From the NCBI RefSeq assembly GCF_001194135.2, contig NC_068986.1, positions 18,397,164 through 18,438,644 on the forward strand: 41,481 bases of DNA. Reading direction: 5' to 3'. This document shows positions 23,083 to 36,846 of the stretch, one piece after another. The notes below the pieces were generated by a model. That model was not told the DNA's origin. It worked only from the letters and a program-made list of their open reading frames with translations, and made no database searches. The translations under genes and the position numbers were made by a program. The number at the start of each line of letters is the position of its first letter. Position 1 is the stretch's first letter. Origin of the DNA: Octopus bimaculoides (Eukaryota).

Positions 23083-23902
23083 ACTCACACACAAGCGCAT
23101 GCATNNNNNNNNNNNNNNNNNNNNNNNNNNNNNNNNNNNNNNNNNNNNNNNNNNNNNNNNNNNNNNNNNNNNNNNNNNNNNNNNNNNNNNNNNNNNNNNN
23201 NNNNNNNNNNNNNNNNNNNNNNNNNNNNNNNNNNNNNNNNNNNNNNNNNNNNNNNNNNNNNNNNNNNNNNNNNNNNNNNNNNNNNNNNNNNNNNNNNNNN
23301 NNNNNNNNNNNNNNNNNNNNNNNNNNNNNNNNNNNNNNNNNNNNNNNNNNNNNNNNNNNNNNNNNNNNNNNNNNNNNNNNNNNNNNNNNNNNNNNNNNNN
23401 NNNNNNNNNNNNNNNNNNNNNNNNNNNNNNNNNNNNNNNNNNNNNNNNNNNNNNNNNNNNNNNNNNNNNNNNNNNNNNNNNNNNNNNNNNNNNNNNNNNN
23501 NNNNNNNNNNNNNNNNNNNNNNNNNNNNNNNNNNNNNNNNNNNNNNNNNNNNNNNNNNNNNNNNNNNNNNNNNNNNNNNNNNNNNNNNNNNNNNNNNNNN
23601 NNNNNNNNNNNNNNNNNNNNNNNNNNNNNNNNNNNNNNNNNNNNNNNNNNNNNNNNNNNNNNNNNNNNNNNNNNNNNNNNNNNNNNNNNNNNNNNNNNNN
23701 NNNNNNNNNNNNNNNNNNNATATATAACATGTGTGTATATCTGAATGTATACACGTACTGCATATGTATGTATGGAAGCATGTGTTTACCTCTGTATACT
23801 TCGTATTAAATGAAATTGATTAAATCGATCATACACAGATGGAAGCAACAGAATATTTATATTAGAAAGTCTCACTGAAAATATAATAGGAAATGCACAC
23901 AA

Positions 23903-23934
<32 letters not shown>

Positions 23935-24753
23935 ACTCACACACAAGCGCATGCATATACTTGATTTACACACACATGTGCATACACATAGATGAACGCT
24001 ATTATATAAACATACACACATACGCACACATACGTACATGCATGCATACATGCATACACACTTACGTACGTATATACATATCCTCGCAATAGATCTGTTT
24101 TGAATAGTAAAAATAACATATTCTCCAAGTTTATTCATTTATATTAGTGGAAATGACAGATCACGTTAAAGACATTTAAAGAATTATGACTTGCAATGTT
24201 AGTTCTTATTATAAGTAATGAGTTACGTATCTGTGGAAGAAATCATAGCAAGATAATAAATCATATACGCGTGAGTGTTTTCAATTATTTGGATTTTCTA
24301 CAGGAAATATTGGCGATATGTGTTTGTTACTTAGATTACATAAATGTAAATAGAGAAGATGTATATGATGTTAATTTTCAGTTTCTTTTATATTTTGTAT
24401 TTCAATATATTCTACCCAACGGAAAGTAAGGACACTCAATGTTTCACTAAAACTTGACAAATTATGTTGCAATGTGATACATAAAGGGGGAATGAACCTA
24501 TTTCCGATATATACGTGCATTTATATATAGGCACCCCCCCACACACACAGGCATATATATATATATATGTATATGTGTGTGTGTGTGTGTATTTCTTCTA
24601 TCTTAATGAATAAAAATTCTTCTGATAGAATAAATGGGTTAATAGAAACCAATGTAGCAAAGAACACAAAATAACTGTGGTTTAGTTCTTGTTTTTAAGG
24701 CAGGAACTCCTTGACATGTTGGGTATTTGAGTATATTTAAGAATTTAAGGATT

Positions 24754-24956
24754 GGAGAAAACGCATGTTATAATTGCATACTTTATTCCTACATATGTTT
24801 CAAAGGATTACAACCTGTGTGATCCATAGGGATCTTTGATATTAAAATTGTAACCTTCTCATCAGGGAAAGCATGGGAATCATCTTAAACGTAAGGTTGT
24901 AATAATTTGAAACATATGTAGGAATAAAGGATACAATTATAACATGAGTTTTCTCC
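24754..24956. mobile_element. 203-bp MITE with 63-bp TIRs, GG...CC termini
   Basis: 24754-24816 GGAGAAAACGCATGTTATAATTGCATACTTTATTCCTACATATGTTTCAAAGGATTACAACCT versus the reverse complement of 24894-24956 GGAGAAAACTCATGTTATAATTGTATCCTTTATTCCTACATATGTTTCAAATTATTACAACCT. Right flank is in a gap, so the TSD cannot be read. Confidence 0.85.
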
Positions 24957-25810
24957 NNNNNNNNNNNNNNNNNNNNNNNNNNNNNNNNNNNNNNNNNNNN
25001 NNNNNNNNNNNNNNNNNNNNNNNNNNNNNNNNNNNNNNNNNNNNNNNNNNNNNNNNNNNNNNNNNNNNNNNNNNNNNNNNNNNNNNNNNNNNNNNNNNNN
25101 NNNNNNNNNNNNNNNNNNNNNNNNNNNNNNNNNNNNNNNNNNNNNNNNNNNNNNNNNNNNNNNNNNNNNNNNNNNNNNNNNNNNNNNNNNNNNNNNNNNN
25201 NNNNNNNNNNNNNNNNNNNNNNNNNNNNNNNNNNNNNATATATATATATATATATATATATAGATATAGACACACACATATACATATATATATATATATG
25301 TGTGCATGCATATATATTTATGCATATATCAATGTATGTATGTGTATGTACAGATTTATACGGTTTGTTTTATGTTCGTCTTCTCATGCAGTTTCTTGCC
25401 TATCGACACATATCCATGGGTCCCAGTAATTACAGGTATAAACGTAAACTTGTAATCTCGATAGAATAAATGCAGGGTTCTCAATAGTTCAGCGTAAGTA
25501 TTCTCTTTTTCACTGATCTTCAGTTTTATAACATCCGCTGGTTAGCTGATTTCGACATCTGTTCACAGTGTATGTATGTATGTATGTATGTATGTAGGTA
25601 TATGATTGTCCAGTTTAATTTCAACGCGTCTTGCCAATAGAAGAGCCGGTTTTTAACCTAGATACAAGGTTCCTTCATTGGAATTTTAACATCAAAAACG
25701 GTATTTTTTCTGTATTTTTGTATACATGTATGTATGTAAATAATATTAAAAACTTACAGTGGACAAGACTGCGTGGCGTCGATTATAAATGAATTCATAT
25801 AAGATACATC

Positions 25811-25965
25811 AAGCACAGGACATCACTAACGAGTGAAAATTACGTAGACACATGACCAATAAGTATAGGACAAACTACTCAAAAATATACAATAAGAACA
25901 GGAAATCACTAACGAATGAACTATACATAAACACATAAGAAACAAGTAGGAGATAAATTACCGAA
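25811..25965. repeat. Old diverged tandem duplication, about 83-bp period
   Basis: AAGCACAGGACATCACTAACGAGTGAA at 25811 versus AAGAACAGGAAATCACTAACGAATGAA at 25894, with further weak matches. Confidence 0.7.
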
Positions 25966-26929
25966 AGACGTCTGACCTTCACTTAGTTATTGACCGTTAA
26001 TTACCACCTATTTCGAGCTTTCAACGATTATGTCTGTTTGTATGTATATATGTATATATGTATATATGTATGTATGTATGTGTGCAGATTTGTATGTTTA
26101 GTTTCATATATATACTCTCATGTATAAACTTGCGTATCTATATGAGCAATGGAAATGCTCATATATACTTAAATGATACACGTGTGTATGTATATATGTA
26201 TGTATGCATGCTTGTGTGTATGTATATATGTAAGTATGTATGTAAATATTTATTATCCATTGCACACACTGTAAGTGTTTTGCTCGTGCGCCGGTTTCTC
26301 TAAGAGATAGCGCTTGAGGAGGACGGCTATTAAGGCTTGTTGTTAAAAACACATGAAGTACATAGATAGGTGAGACAACACGCTTCGGATCGAATTCAAG
26401 AATGACGGATATCGATATTTAGCCATTTTTATGGTTTATCAGCGCCACGTACCTGAATCGAACCGCTTCCTAAGCACTGATTAGCGTTCCAACCTATCTT
26501 CTAGCCTATACCCAATTTCGTCAAGAGTTCATCCTGTCCATCTTTCATAATTCCGATGATACTAACTCTACGATAAGCCATGAACTTCACCTCTTGTTTT
26601 TCGGAGACACATTTAATATTTGTGACGTTTCAGTGAAAAACTCTTGAAATATAATGTTAAATCTTACGTTTCCTACCCTACATCTAAACGTGTGGTAACG
26701 CATTTCTATACATCTATAACACTATTACTCACCTTGAACATACAACAAAAGCAACCTGAAGGGATCACCACTAAATCACTGCAAATATTCATTACCACAA
26801 AGCCAGTAATATGGTGTCATACACTGGAAGGCCTGATCAAAGATTTGCGGATATCAACTTAAACAACACCGCAACACTTGTCTACAGTCTTTCAACTCAC
26901 GACTCTACTTTGTTTCAAATGTTTACTGT

Positions 26930-27290
26930 AGTTTTACACTATAAGCCACTTGCTTCTACTGCAAAAAGCCAAAGTTACGACGTCCATTTTATATGCTCTT
27001 CATCCTATGATATGAATAGTACAGTTTCGTCCATATAAATTCTTACCACGTCATAATATAACCCTTCACCTTCCACCACAGTAATCACATCATTTATACA
27101 CGCACCATTGGGATGCGCACTAGTTTGCTTGATACCAGTAAGCAAATCGAAACTTTATTTCCTTCACAGCAACAGAAACATGCTCATTGATTCCCTCATC
27201 TACCCACAACACAAAATCTGATTGCAATCTACGCTTCATAAGCGTTAATATCGTACGATTCAGACATATTATAGGTCCAGACAAGCACAT
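26930..27290 (-). pseudogene. Decayed non-LTR reverse transcriptase fragment
   Basis: Across stops and frameshifts the minus strand reads ACLDL*, FVLWV, FDLLTGIKQ (27125-27136), INDV, YMDETVLF (YMDE 27026-27037) and EASGL*. Order and spacing match RT motifs D..KAFD, GxxQG, YADD and the downstream xSGL. Confidence 0.45.
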
Positions 27291-27546
27291 ACAAGTAAAC
27301 TGTTGCGCCCACTGAAACGTACTTAATTGCGTAGACAATTACACAGGTATATTGATGTGCAGATTTTTTTATTGATTGTTTATATGACAGAGCAATGAAT
27401 ATAATGCTTACAAAACTCCTGCTCAGTCTTTTATCCCTAATACAGACGTATATATTGAGCGAACTGTATATGCAGATATGCCCTCGTAGATTATAGATGA
27501 GAATGCACACACAGAAGAGATATGAGCACTTGTATGCATGAGTGTG

Positions 27547-27550
<4 letters not shown>

Positions 27551-27591
<41 letters not shown>
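27551..27591. repeat. (CT)n microsatellite at a gap edge
   Basis: Direct reading. Confidence 0.95.
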
Positions 27592-29077
27592 NNNNNNNNN
27601 NNNNNNNNNNNNNNNNNNNNNNNNNNNNNNNNNNNNNNNNNNNNNNNNNNNNNNNNNNNNNNNNNNNNNNNNNNNNNNNNNNNNNNNNNNNNNNNNNNNN
27701 NNNNNNNNNNNNNNNNNNNNNNNTATATATAGATACATATATATATATATATACATGCATGTATATGCATATGTATGTATGTATATATACATCTAAATCT
27801 ATAGATAGACAGATAAATGGATAGATAGATTGATAGATAGATAAATGCATACATACATACATACATACATACACATAGATATATTTAGTCATACACGTAA
27901 ATGTAAATATACATTTATATGTGCGGATGTAGGCATGCATGTGTCTATATGCATATGTATGTGTGTGTGTGTGCGCTCGCGTTCGTGCGTGTATGTGACT
28001 GTGTGTGAGAGGAGGTGTTCTGACGGATTTATTGAACTTCACCGGATATTTACACAAATATATGTTAAGTGTGTTATTGTTTGAACTATGAAATACAAGA
28101 ACATCAACTGTATTATCCTCTCGCACTCAACGTTCTTACTCTCACAGTCCATATCCTGCACTCTTCCTCAGACATGGAGCCTCATCTTCATTTTATTTCA
28201 CGCAATTACTCCCTCTTATTCCTAGCATCAACTATTTTCTATCTATTCGTACATTCATATCATCCAATCACAGTTTTATTCCATACCAGTGATTCTTAGT
28301 TTTTTTTTTTTTTTAATTTGGTATCATAACTTTTCCTCAATCTATTGTTAAACTACGATGAATTCATTTTAAAGGAGGTTGACTCTGCCGAAGAGGAAAA
28401 GACATACTAATGGATATTACATGAAAGCTAGGGTATAAAATTTAAATCTTAATTTTTAATGTTGCCGAGATATTACTTTTGTCGAGGAGGTTTAAAGCCC
28501 GTCAATATGATTTCCGTTTCGTGCAACAAATTACTGATTAAAAAATGGACTACAATGACCATTGTACCACGTTCAAATGAAAATGGAGAAGTGTGCTTCC
28601 CGTGAGACCTAGCTGCTGTTTCTTGAATGTGGGTCAGCTCAATTTAATTCGATTTATACATGTGTACTGTTGCGCACAAGATGAAATAACTTGTAAAAGC
28701 TTAAGGGAAAGAACATTAACAGAAAACAATTATGCATCACGCAAAACATGCGATTACACAGAAATATTAACCTAAGTATATATATTTAAATAGTAGATTT
28801 AACATGCTTTCACAAATGATATTGTCTTTCAATGTTTGTCTAATGCTTAAAAATGACATCGACCATCGTAAAAGAAAATATTTTTATTGTTTAACGAGTT
28901 CTGATCATTCAACTTATGAATTGCAGGGAGACACGTTTTCTCATTTTAACAAGTGATATACCCCCCCACCCCCAAAAAAAGAAAGAAAAACTACTGTTTT
29001 CTTGAAATTTACCGCCGAGTCCATAATGTTATTTGAGAAAAACAGAAATAGTAACTGTACCAGTTTTAAAAGATATA

Positions 29078-29910
29078 CGTGGTCATATCAATAAGTATCA
29101 GGTTTGTTGTCATAGTAATGACGTTAAAGCACGCAGAGTAAAGCCGCTTAGCACAGGTTGACCTTAAACACTGTTGTGCATGCGCACTGAGTTTTAACTT
29201 TCTAGCTTCCTTATGCTACTTTCAGTAAGTTAGATATGTAGCGTGTGATCGTCATATTGAACATCACAGAGAAAGTTGAGCAGATTTTGCCAAAAGCTTT
29301 GCGATAGCTGCTCAGAGGCCAACGCAATTTTTTCAAAAAGTTCTCATCTTTCTCGACACAATCAAGGAGATCTTGTACAACTGAAAGCCGAGTATCGTTT
29401 TGGACAGCTGAAAGTAGTTTGGGCACAAAAATGATACCCACGCGTCTCATACACATGTCTTCAGTGATAATGGACTCAAGTGAACCGTAACTAATCTGCT
29501 CATCCTCTAATCACTCACAGATAGTGATTCGACCATTTCCACTCACAGCTGCATATCTGCGATGTCTTTTCTCAGCTCTGCTGGTTGCGGATCTCCCAGA
29601 ACATTCGTCAATATCGACATTTATTCGGTCATTTTCGAAACATCTGACGCACTCGTACATTTGTATGCGGTTCATACACTCTACTCCATACACTTTGTGC
29701 AACACAACTTTCTCTTTCTTGATCAATGCGACGATCACACCCTAGACATTCTAAGTACAACTGTAAATAGCGGAAGTGACGAAAATCGATAAAACTTAGT
29801 GCGCAAGCACCACCGATTTCAAAGTCAAATTGTTGCCAAAGCGGCTCTACTCTGCCTACTTTAGCTTCGTTACTATGGCAAGAATCCGGATACTTATTGA
29901 TCGGACCACG
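29078..29910. mobile_element. Mariner (Tc1/mariner) non-autonomous derivative with TA TSD
   Basis: TA at 29076-77 and 29911-12. Termini CGTGGTC(AT/CG)ATCAATAAGTATC(A/C)GG are inverted. Minus strand encodes mariner-like N-terminal segments; no catalytic domain. Confidence 0.9.
29328..29715 (-). pseudogene. Mariner transposase N-terminal (HTH) remnant
   Basis: LHKVYGVECMNRIQMYECVRCFENDRINVDIDECSGRSATS and MRRVGIIFVPKLLSAVQNDTRLSVVQDLLDCVEKDENFLKK resemble mariner YG...RF..GR..D..RSGRP and the WVPHEL-equivalent (FVPKLL) linker. Sequence stops just before the expected first catalytic Asp (TGDE-type motif). Confidence 0.85.
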
Positions 29911-30882
29911 TATGTTTGACAAGTTCCACAGTAATGTATTTTGGCGCAAGTAGATTGATAGTCTGATTATATTATGTTGACGCACACCAAAAAACATACA
30001 ATCATACATTGTATATATGCATATATATATATATATATATATATATANNNNNNNNNNNNNNNNNNNNNNNNNNNNNNNNNNNNNNNNNNNNNNNNNNNNN
30101 NNNNNNNNNNNNNNNNNNNNNNNNNNNNNNNNNNNNNNNNNNNNNNNNNNNNNNNNNNNNNNNNNNNNNNNNNNNNNNNNNNNNNNNNNNNNNNNNNNNN
30201 NNNNNNNNNNNNNNNNNNNNNNNNNNNNNNNNNNNNNNNNNNNNNNNNNNNNNNNNNNNNNNNNNNNNNNNNNNNNNNNNNNNNNNNNNNNNNNNNNNNN
30301 NNNNNNNNNNNNNNNNNNNNNNNNNNNNNNNNNNNNNNNNNNNNNNNNNNNNNNNNNNNNNNNNNNNNNNNNNNNNNNNNNNNNNNNNNNNNNNNNNNNN
30401 NNNNNNNNNNNNNNNNNNNNNNNNNNNNNNNNNNNNNNNNNNNNNNNNNNNNNNNNNNNNNNNNNNNNNNNNNNNNNNNNNNNNNNNNNNNNNNNNNNNN
30501 NNNNNNNNNNNNNNNNNNNNNNNNNNNNNNNNNNNNNNNNNNNNNNNNNNNNNNNNNNNNNNNNNNNNNNNNNNNNNNNNNNNNNNNNNNNNNNNNNNNN
30601 NNNNNNNNNNNNNNNNNNNNNNNNNNNNNNNNNNNNNNNNNNNNNNNNNNNNNNNNNNNNNNNNNNNNNNNNNNNNNNNNNNNNNNNNNNNNNNNNNNNN
30701 NNNNNNNNNNNNNNNNNNNNNNNNNNNNNNNNNNNNNNNNNNNNNNNNNNNNNNNNNNNNNNNNNNNNNNNNNNNNNNNNNNNNNNNNNNNNNNNNNNNN
30801 NNNNNNNNNNNNNNNNNNNNNNNNNNNNNNNNNNNNNNNNNNNNNNNNNNATGTGTGTGTGTGTGTGTGTGTGTGTGTGAGT

Positions 30883-30923
<41 letters not shown>

Positions 30924-33701
30924 TGTGTGTGTGTAGATATGTATATCTACATGCATACACAGATATGCTGCTTTGTTTCAAAGCGCATATGATTTCGTAT
31001 GTGAATGCATATCTATATATGCATGTGGATGTCCATAATTATTGTTCAAGCTTAGCACATTTTATATGCAATAAATAATTAAAGAAATATAACAAAATTG
31101 GCATTGGAAAAACCCACAACTGAAGGTCAAAGAGAAAAATTAGCTGATAAAACGATGCGATAAAAAGTAAGGTGGAGTTACATTTGAAGGTGATACACAG
31201 AACAACGATAAGCGTTATTTTGTAACAATTATTTACCATTCATGGTGATCTCTAACCATTGTTCGATATCACGAGAATTCTGGAAGTCAATGTGTTTTCG
31301 TCTGAATATAATATTTAAGTACACGTTACATCTTTTATAAAATCAATGAAATGCTTGTGGTTGCACAAGAATTAGTATGACGGCGAACAGAAAAAGTAAC
31401 ACTTTTCATCTAAACAGGATTTCCAATCAAGGAAATAGCAATGTAGTTTGCAAATAAAGAAATATCCCTAAATAACTTATGTGTATGTCATTGTACTAAG
31501 TCGCAGCCATTAATGTACGCTGTGGTAAAATTGCCTCACTATAGTGTAAATGGTTTTCAATTCGTTGATTGATGAAATTCCACTGATTAAACAATAACCT
31601 GCTGCCTAAGTAAATGGACAATGATGGACTGGAAACAAGGTTTGGGAGTTTATCTAAGTGATATGTTGAAGTTGAAAGAATAACTTGTGGATACTTGTTT
31701 CCGCAGAGATATAGAGTACATGTTTATCCTGACGGACAATATAGACATCCCGGCGATACCCGTCCCAGTGTAAATTTCTACAGAAAATTAATTGAATAAG
31801 TTTATTTCACGTAACTGTAACCCATTTTAAATTGTAAATTCCTGTGATATTCGAGATACTCAATTATCTAGAAGCAATAAAATAATAATTTAAAAAAATA
31901 CCACACATTTCACAAATGAGGCAACCAAAACTGAACGTGCGCGATTTCATATGATTTTGAAAAGCTACTAAAGTTTTCGTCGATAAAATCAATAAAAATC
32001 GGAGGAGTAATTGATTGTAGTTAAGTAGGGAATTGATAGAAAAAATATATCCAGTGCGTTTGTTTCATTTCCTAATGAGCCAACAAAGGTAAAACAGTAC
32101 ATCCAGGTATACTTAATAACTGCAGCTATATTTCGAGAAATGTCATCGCTTAATTTTCCCCTAAACGTGAACCTTCAATCATTCATGCAATTATTTATTG
32201 AGTGGTTTGCGTCTGAAGTATTTAAAGTGAGGACATGTTTTGCACTCTAAATATTGTGTCCTCTTTGAAAATACTAATCTGCATCAATGTATGGAAGCGA
32301 ATTCACAAGTGTTACATAAGAGATTACTTTCTCTTAGAGAGATGTAGAGCCCCACACTCTCAGATGTTGAATGTTCGTTCATTCTACTTAGACACGTGTG
32401 GTGCTCGGTACCAAACAAAAAATACTGTTCATGAAATTACAAATATATATATATATATATATATATANNNNNNNNNNNNNNNNNNNNNNNNNNNNNNNNN
32501 NNNNNNNNNNNNNNNNNNNNNNNNNNNNNNNNNNNNNNNNNNNNNNNNNNNNNNNNNNNNNNNNNNNNNNNNNNNNNNNNNNNNNNNNNNNNNNNNNNNN
32601 NNNNNNNNNNNNNNNNNNNNNNNNNNNNNNNNNNNNNNNNNNNNNNNNNNNNNNNNNNNNNNNNNNNNNNNNNNNNNNNNNNNNNNNNNNNNNNNNNNNN
32701 NNNNNNNNNNNNNNNNNNNNNNNNNNNNNNNNNNNNNNNNNNNNNNNNNNNNNNNNNNNNNNNNNNNNNNNNNNNNNNNNNNNNNNNNNNNNNNNNNNNN
32801 NNNNNNNNNNNNNNNNNNNNNNNNNNNNNNNNNNNNNNNNNNNNNNNNNNNNNNNNNNNNNNNNNNNNNNNNNNNNNNNNNNNNNNNNNNNNNNNNNNNN
32901 NNNNNNNNNNNNNNNNNNNNNNNNNNNNNNNNNNNNNNNNNNNNNNNNNNNNNNNNNNNNNNNNNNNNNNNNNNNNNNNNNNNNNNNNNNNNNNNNNNNN
33001 NNNNNNNNNNNNNNNNNNNNNNNNNNNNNNNNNNNNNNNNNNNNNNNNNNNNNNNNNNNNNNNNNNNNNNNNNNNNNNNNNNNNNNNNNNNNNNNNNNNN
33101 NNNNNNNNNNNNNNNNNNNNNNNGAAGTTAATTGCTTATTATTCACACTAAATTAATCATGTTCACTTACAGCTGTCTCAGTTAGTAATCAGTAAACATT
33201 AAGTAAATATTAAATTTATATTTATATCACTTGAGCCTACTAACCTCAGAGAAAAGAAATATATTCCTGGATGTGTTATATGTTTATAGATTGATTATAG
33301 CAGTTTTGTGATTCCGCTATAATGAATCCATAAACTCATACTAAACATTCGAGGGTATTTTTTCTTTCTTTGAAGATATTAGGCCCAGTCATATACGTAT
33401 AAATTTAATATCTAACTACATTTGACTGAGTAATAATTGAGACAGCTGTAAGAGATGATCAATTAGCTGTTAATAAGAAACAATTATGAACTTCCCAATC
33501 TCCATTTTCTTTTTCTTCTTTTATATGATTATAAAGTATATACATACACACTTATTGTTTTAAGGAAATGAACTCTCCCAAAATACAAGGTGTTGAATCA
33601 GTATTTCCTTCGACAAAACCATCCATTCATGAGGTTAACGCGACTTCTAATTATGTTTACATACATACATACATATATATATATACACACACACACACAC
33701 G

Positions 33702-33733
<32 letters not shown>

Positions 33734-34310
33734 NNNNNNNNNNNNNNNNNNNNNNNNNNNNNNNNNNNNNNNNNNNNNNNNNNNNNNNNNNNNNNNNNNN
33801 NNNNNNNNNNNNNNNNNNNNNNNNNNNNNNNNNNNNNNNNNNNNNNNNNNNNNNNNNNNNNNNNNNNNNNNNNNNNNNNNNNNNNNNNNNNNNNNNNNNN
33901 NNNNNNNNNNNNNNNNNNNNNNNNNNNNNNNNNNNNNNNNNNNNNNNNNNNNNNNNNNNNNNNNNNNNNNNNNNNNNNNNNNNNNNNNNNNNNNNNNNNN
34001 NNNNNNNNNNNNNNNNNNNNNNNNNNNNNNNNNNNNNNNNNNNNNNNNNNNNNNNNNNNNNNNNNNNNNNNNNNNNNNNNNNNNNNNNNNNNNNNNNNNN
34101 NNNNNNNNNNNNNNNNNNNNNNNNNNNNNNNNNNNNNNNNNNNNNNNNNNNNNNNNNNNNNNNNNNNNNNNNNNNNNNNNNNNNNNNNNNNNNNNNNNNN
34201 NNNNNNNNNNNNNNNNNNNNNNNNNNNNNNNNNNNNNNNNNNNNNNNNNNNNNNNNNNNNNNNNNNNNNNNNNNNNNNNNNNNNNNNNNNNNNNNNNNNN
34301 NNNNNNNNNN

Positions 34311-34589
34311 TCCTCCTTCTCCTCCTCCTCCTGCTCATTCTTCTTCTTCTTCTTTTTCTTCTTCTTTTTCTTCTTCTTTTTCTTCTTCTTCTCCTGCTGC
34401 TGCTTCTTCTTCTTCTTCTTCTTCTTCTTCTTCTTCTTCTCCTTCTTCTTCTTCTTATTCTTATTCTTCTTCTTTGTCTTCTTCTTCTTCTTCTTCTTCT
34501 TCTTCTTCTTCTCCTTCTTCTTCTTCTTATTATTCTTCTTCTTTTTCTTCGTCTTCTTCTTCTTCTTCTACTACTTCTTCTTCTTCTTC

Positions 34590-34646
<57 letters not shown>

Positions 34647-34650
34647 CTAT
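34311..34650. repeat. (TCT/TCC)n followed by (TAT)n trinucleotide microsatellite
   Basis: Direct reading; source of the poly-S/L/Y ORFs. Confidence 0.97.
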
Positions 34651-36110
34651 TTTCTTCCCTCTTTCTAATTTGTGTACACTTTATTTATTTATTTTGTTTT
34701 AGATTTCTCTCAATTTCTCCTTTTTATCTTCTAAGATACTCACTCCCATTTCTGTAACGAAGTAGGTGTGTGTTTTCTCATCAAACACTCTTGTTTTCTA
34801 AATCAACCGCTTTATTTTTCTATTAAAATGATATCGCCAATGCCCGGTGGTTGACAATGTCCGAAATATTTCTTTGTTGTCAATCATATATTGAAACGTA
34901 TATGATATGCCTATAGCTATTAGCGAATACAATTGAAATCTTACCATTTTAAAATGTCATTCATTTGCAGTAACGCCTCTATTACTCTACTAATTACGCA
35001 CAGTTGATATACATTATGTTACCATTATGCATTCATTGTGAACAGAAAAAATATTTACATGCAGGCAAATGTGACATAAAGGTAATGCAAAAAAATAACC
35101 GTACCTGAAAACAAGTTGCACATTTTTTTTTATTTTTATAGAATATTCTTGAATCGATGTTCGTTTAAATTTTTAGAAGGGAAATCTAATTTCTTATGTA
35201 AATATTCAGATTGTTCTTGTTAAGTTATTTAGCTCTTTTAAATGAACTGTATTTTGACAACGATTGTTCATCAGTGTAACTGGTCTATATGTGCTAGTTT
35301 TAAATAAGTTTTATGTTACCACGAATATATTATGTATTGGTAATGTACTGATTGCTTCATTGCATGTAATGAACTTTTTATAATTTATTTCTTCGTATAA
35401 TGAAGGCTGCTTTTCTATAATTGTACCCGTATTCGTAATTATTTCATCTGCGTTAAAGGTACATGATTATATTTTCTTTTTAAATTTTATATTAAATTAT
35501 ATGCATATATACATCATACATACACACAAGCACACAGTGGGACATAAAAAACATACATACATAACAGATAGAAAGAAAAACAGATATACAAGTAGATGGA
35601 TAAATATATATATATATANNNNNNNNNNNNNNNNNNNNNNNNNNNNNNNNNNNNNNNNNNNNNNNNNNNNNNNNNNNNNNNNNNNNNNNNNNNNNNNNNN
35701 NNNNNNNNNNNNNNNNNNNNNNNNNNNNNNNNNNNNNNNNNNNNNNNNNNNNNNNNNNNNNNNNNNNNNNNNNNNNNNNNNNNNNNNNNNNNNNNNNNNN
35801 NNNNNNNNNNNNNNNNNNNNNNNNNNNNNNNNNNNNNNNNNNNNNNNNNNNNNNNNNNNNNNNNNNNNNNNNNNNNNNNNNNNNNNNNNNNATATATATA
35901 TGTATATATATGTATACAGAGAGAGAGAGACACACACAGAGATATATATATATAGAGAGAGAGACATGTTTAATTGAAATGGAGTATATTTTAACCTGGA
36001 AGGATTTACAACAGTTTTAACACACATACCAGTTAGATTTCTTTAATTCGCTTAGTTTAAGAAAAAAATAGAGTTGACTGAAAGAAACATGCATTATTAT
36101 GGCATAATTT

Positions 36111-36314
36111 GAGGCTGCGTTCTGGCAGAATGGTTGCTACCCTGAACAAAATGCTTAACCGCGTTCTTTCTGGCTATACATTCCAAGCTCAAATGCTGCC
36201 GAAGTAGACTATGTCATTCATCTTTTCAGAATCGAAAAAGTACCGGCTGAACACTGGGGTCGATAATATCCACTAAGTTCGATGGTCTTGTGATAAAATT
36301 TGAAACCATTATTA
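36111..36314 (+). mobile_element. Degenerate family A SINE
   Basis: GAGGCTGCGTTCTGGCAGAATGGTT head, CACTGGGGTCGAT and GTCTTGTGATAAAATTTGAAACCATTATT tail. Confidence 0.7.
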
Positions 36315-36797
36315 TGGTAAAATTTTAATTGTTTTATTAAGTAAAAATATATTACTTGTACATAAACTGAAAACTTAAATCCCGTGTGGGGGCGTCATAT
36401 ATACAGTATAGCTGGTAGATAACTCCAATTTAAAAAATAACTAATATTATTTTTCTTCTAAATTTAAAATGCAGACTGTTTTGAATGAGACGTTGTACTA
36501 TCAACTACACCATTATGTCCATTTGATCATTTTTACTCTTTACTCGAAGAAAATATGTCTAGTGATATTGAAGAGAAATCAATATTTTAGCATAATCTGA
36601 TTTGTCATTGCAATTATGATTTCTAGTAGTGAGATACATAACTAGATACGTAGTCATTATCCAATTAATAAAAAGACAGAGATCAAATCAGAGATAATCG
36701 AATAAACGAAGTAGAACGATATATATACAGTTGTATATGCATATATATATATATGTGTGTTTGTATCTCTGTGTGTATATGTATATATGTAGGTATG

Positions 36798-36846
<49 letters not shown>

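Noticed and set aside
31700-32030. Possible Helitron-like ends or an exon after TTTCCGCAG
   Set aside because: Resemblances are too short and no second copy is present in the window.
33568-34702. Poly-Ser/Leu/Tyr ORFs
   Set aside because: Translation of (TCT)n and (TAT)n repeats and a gap.
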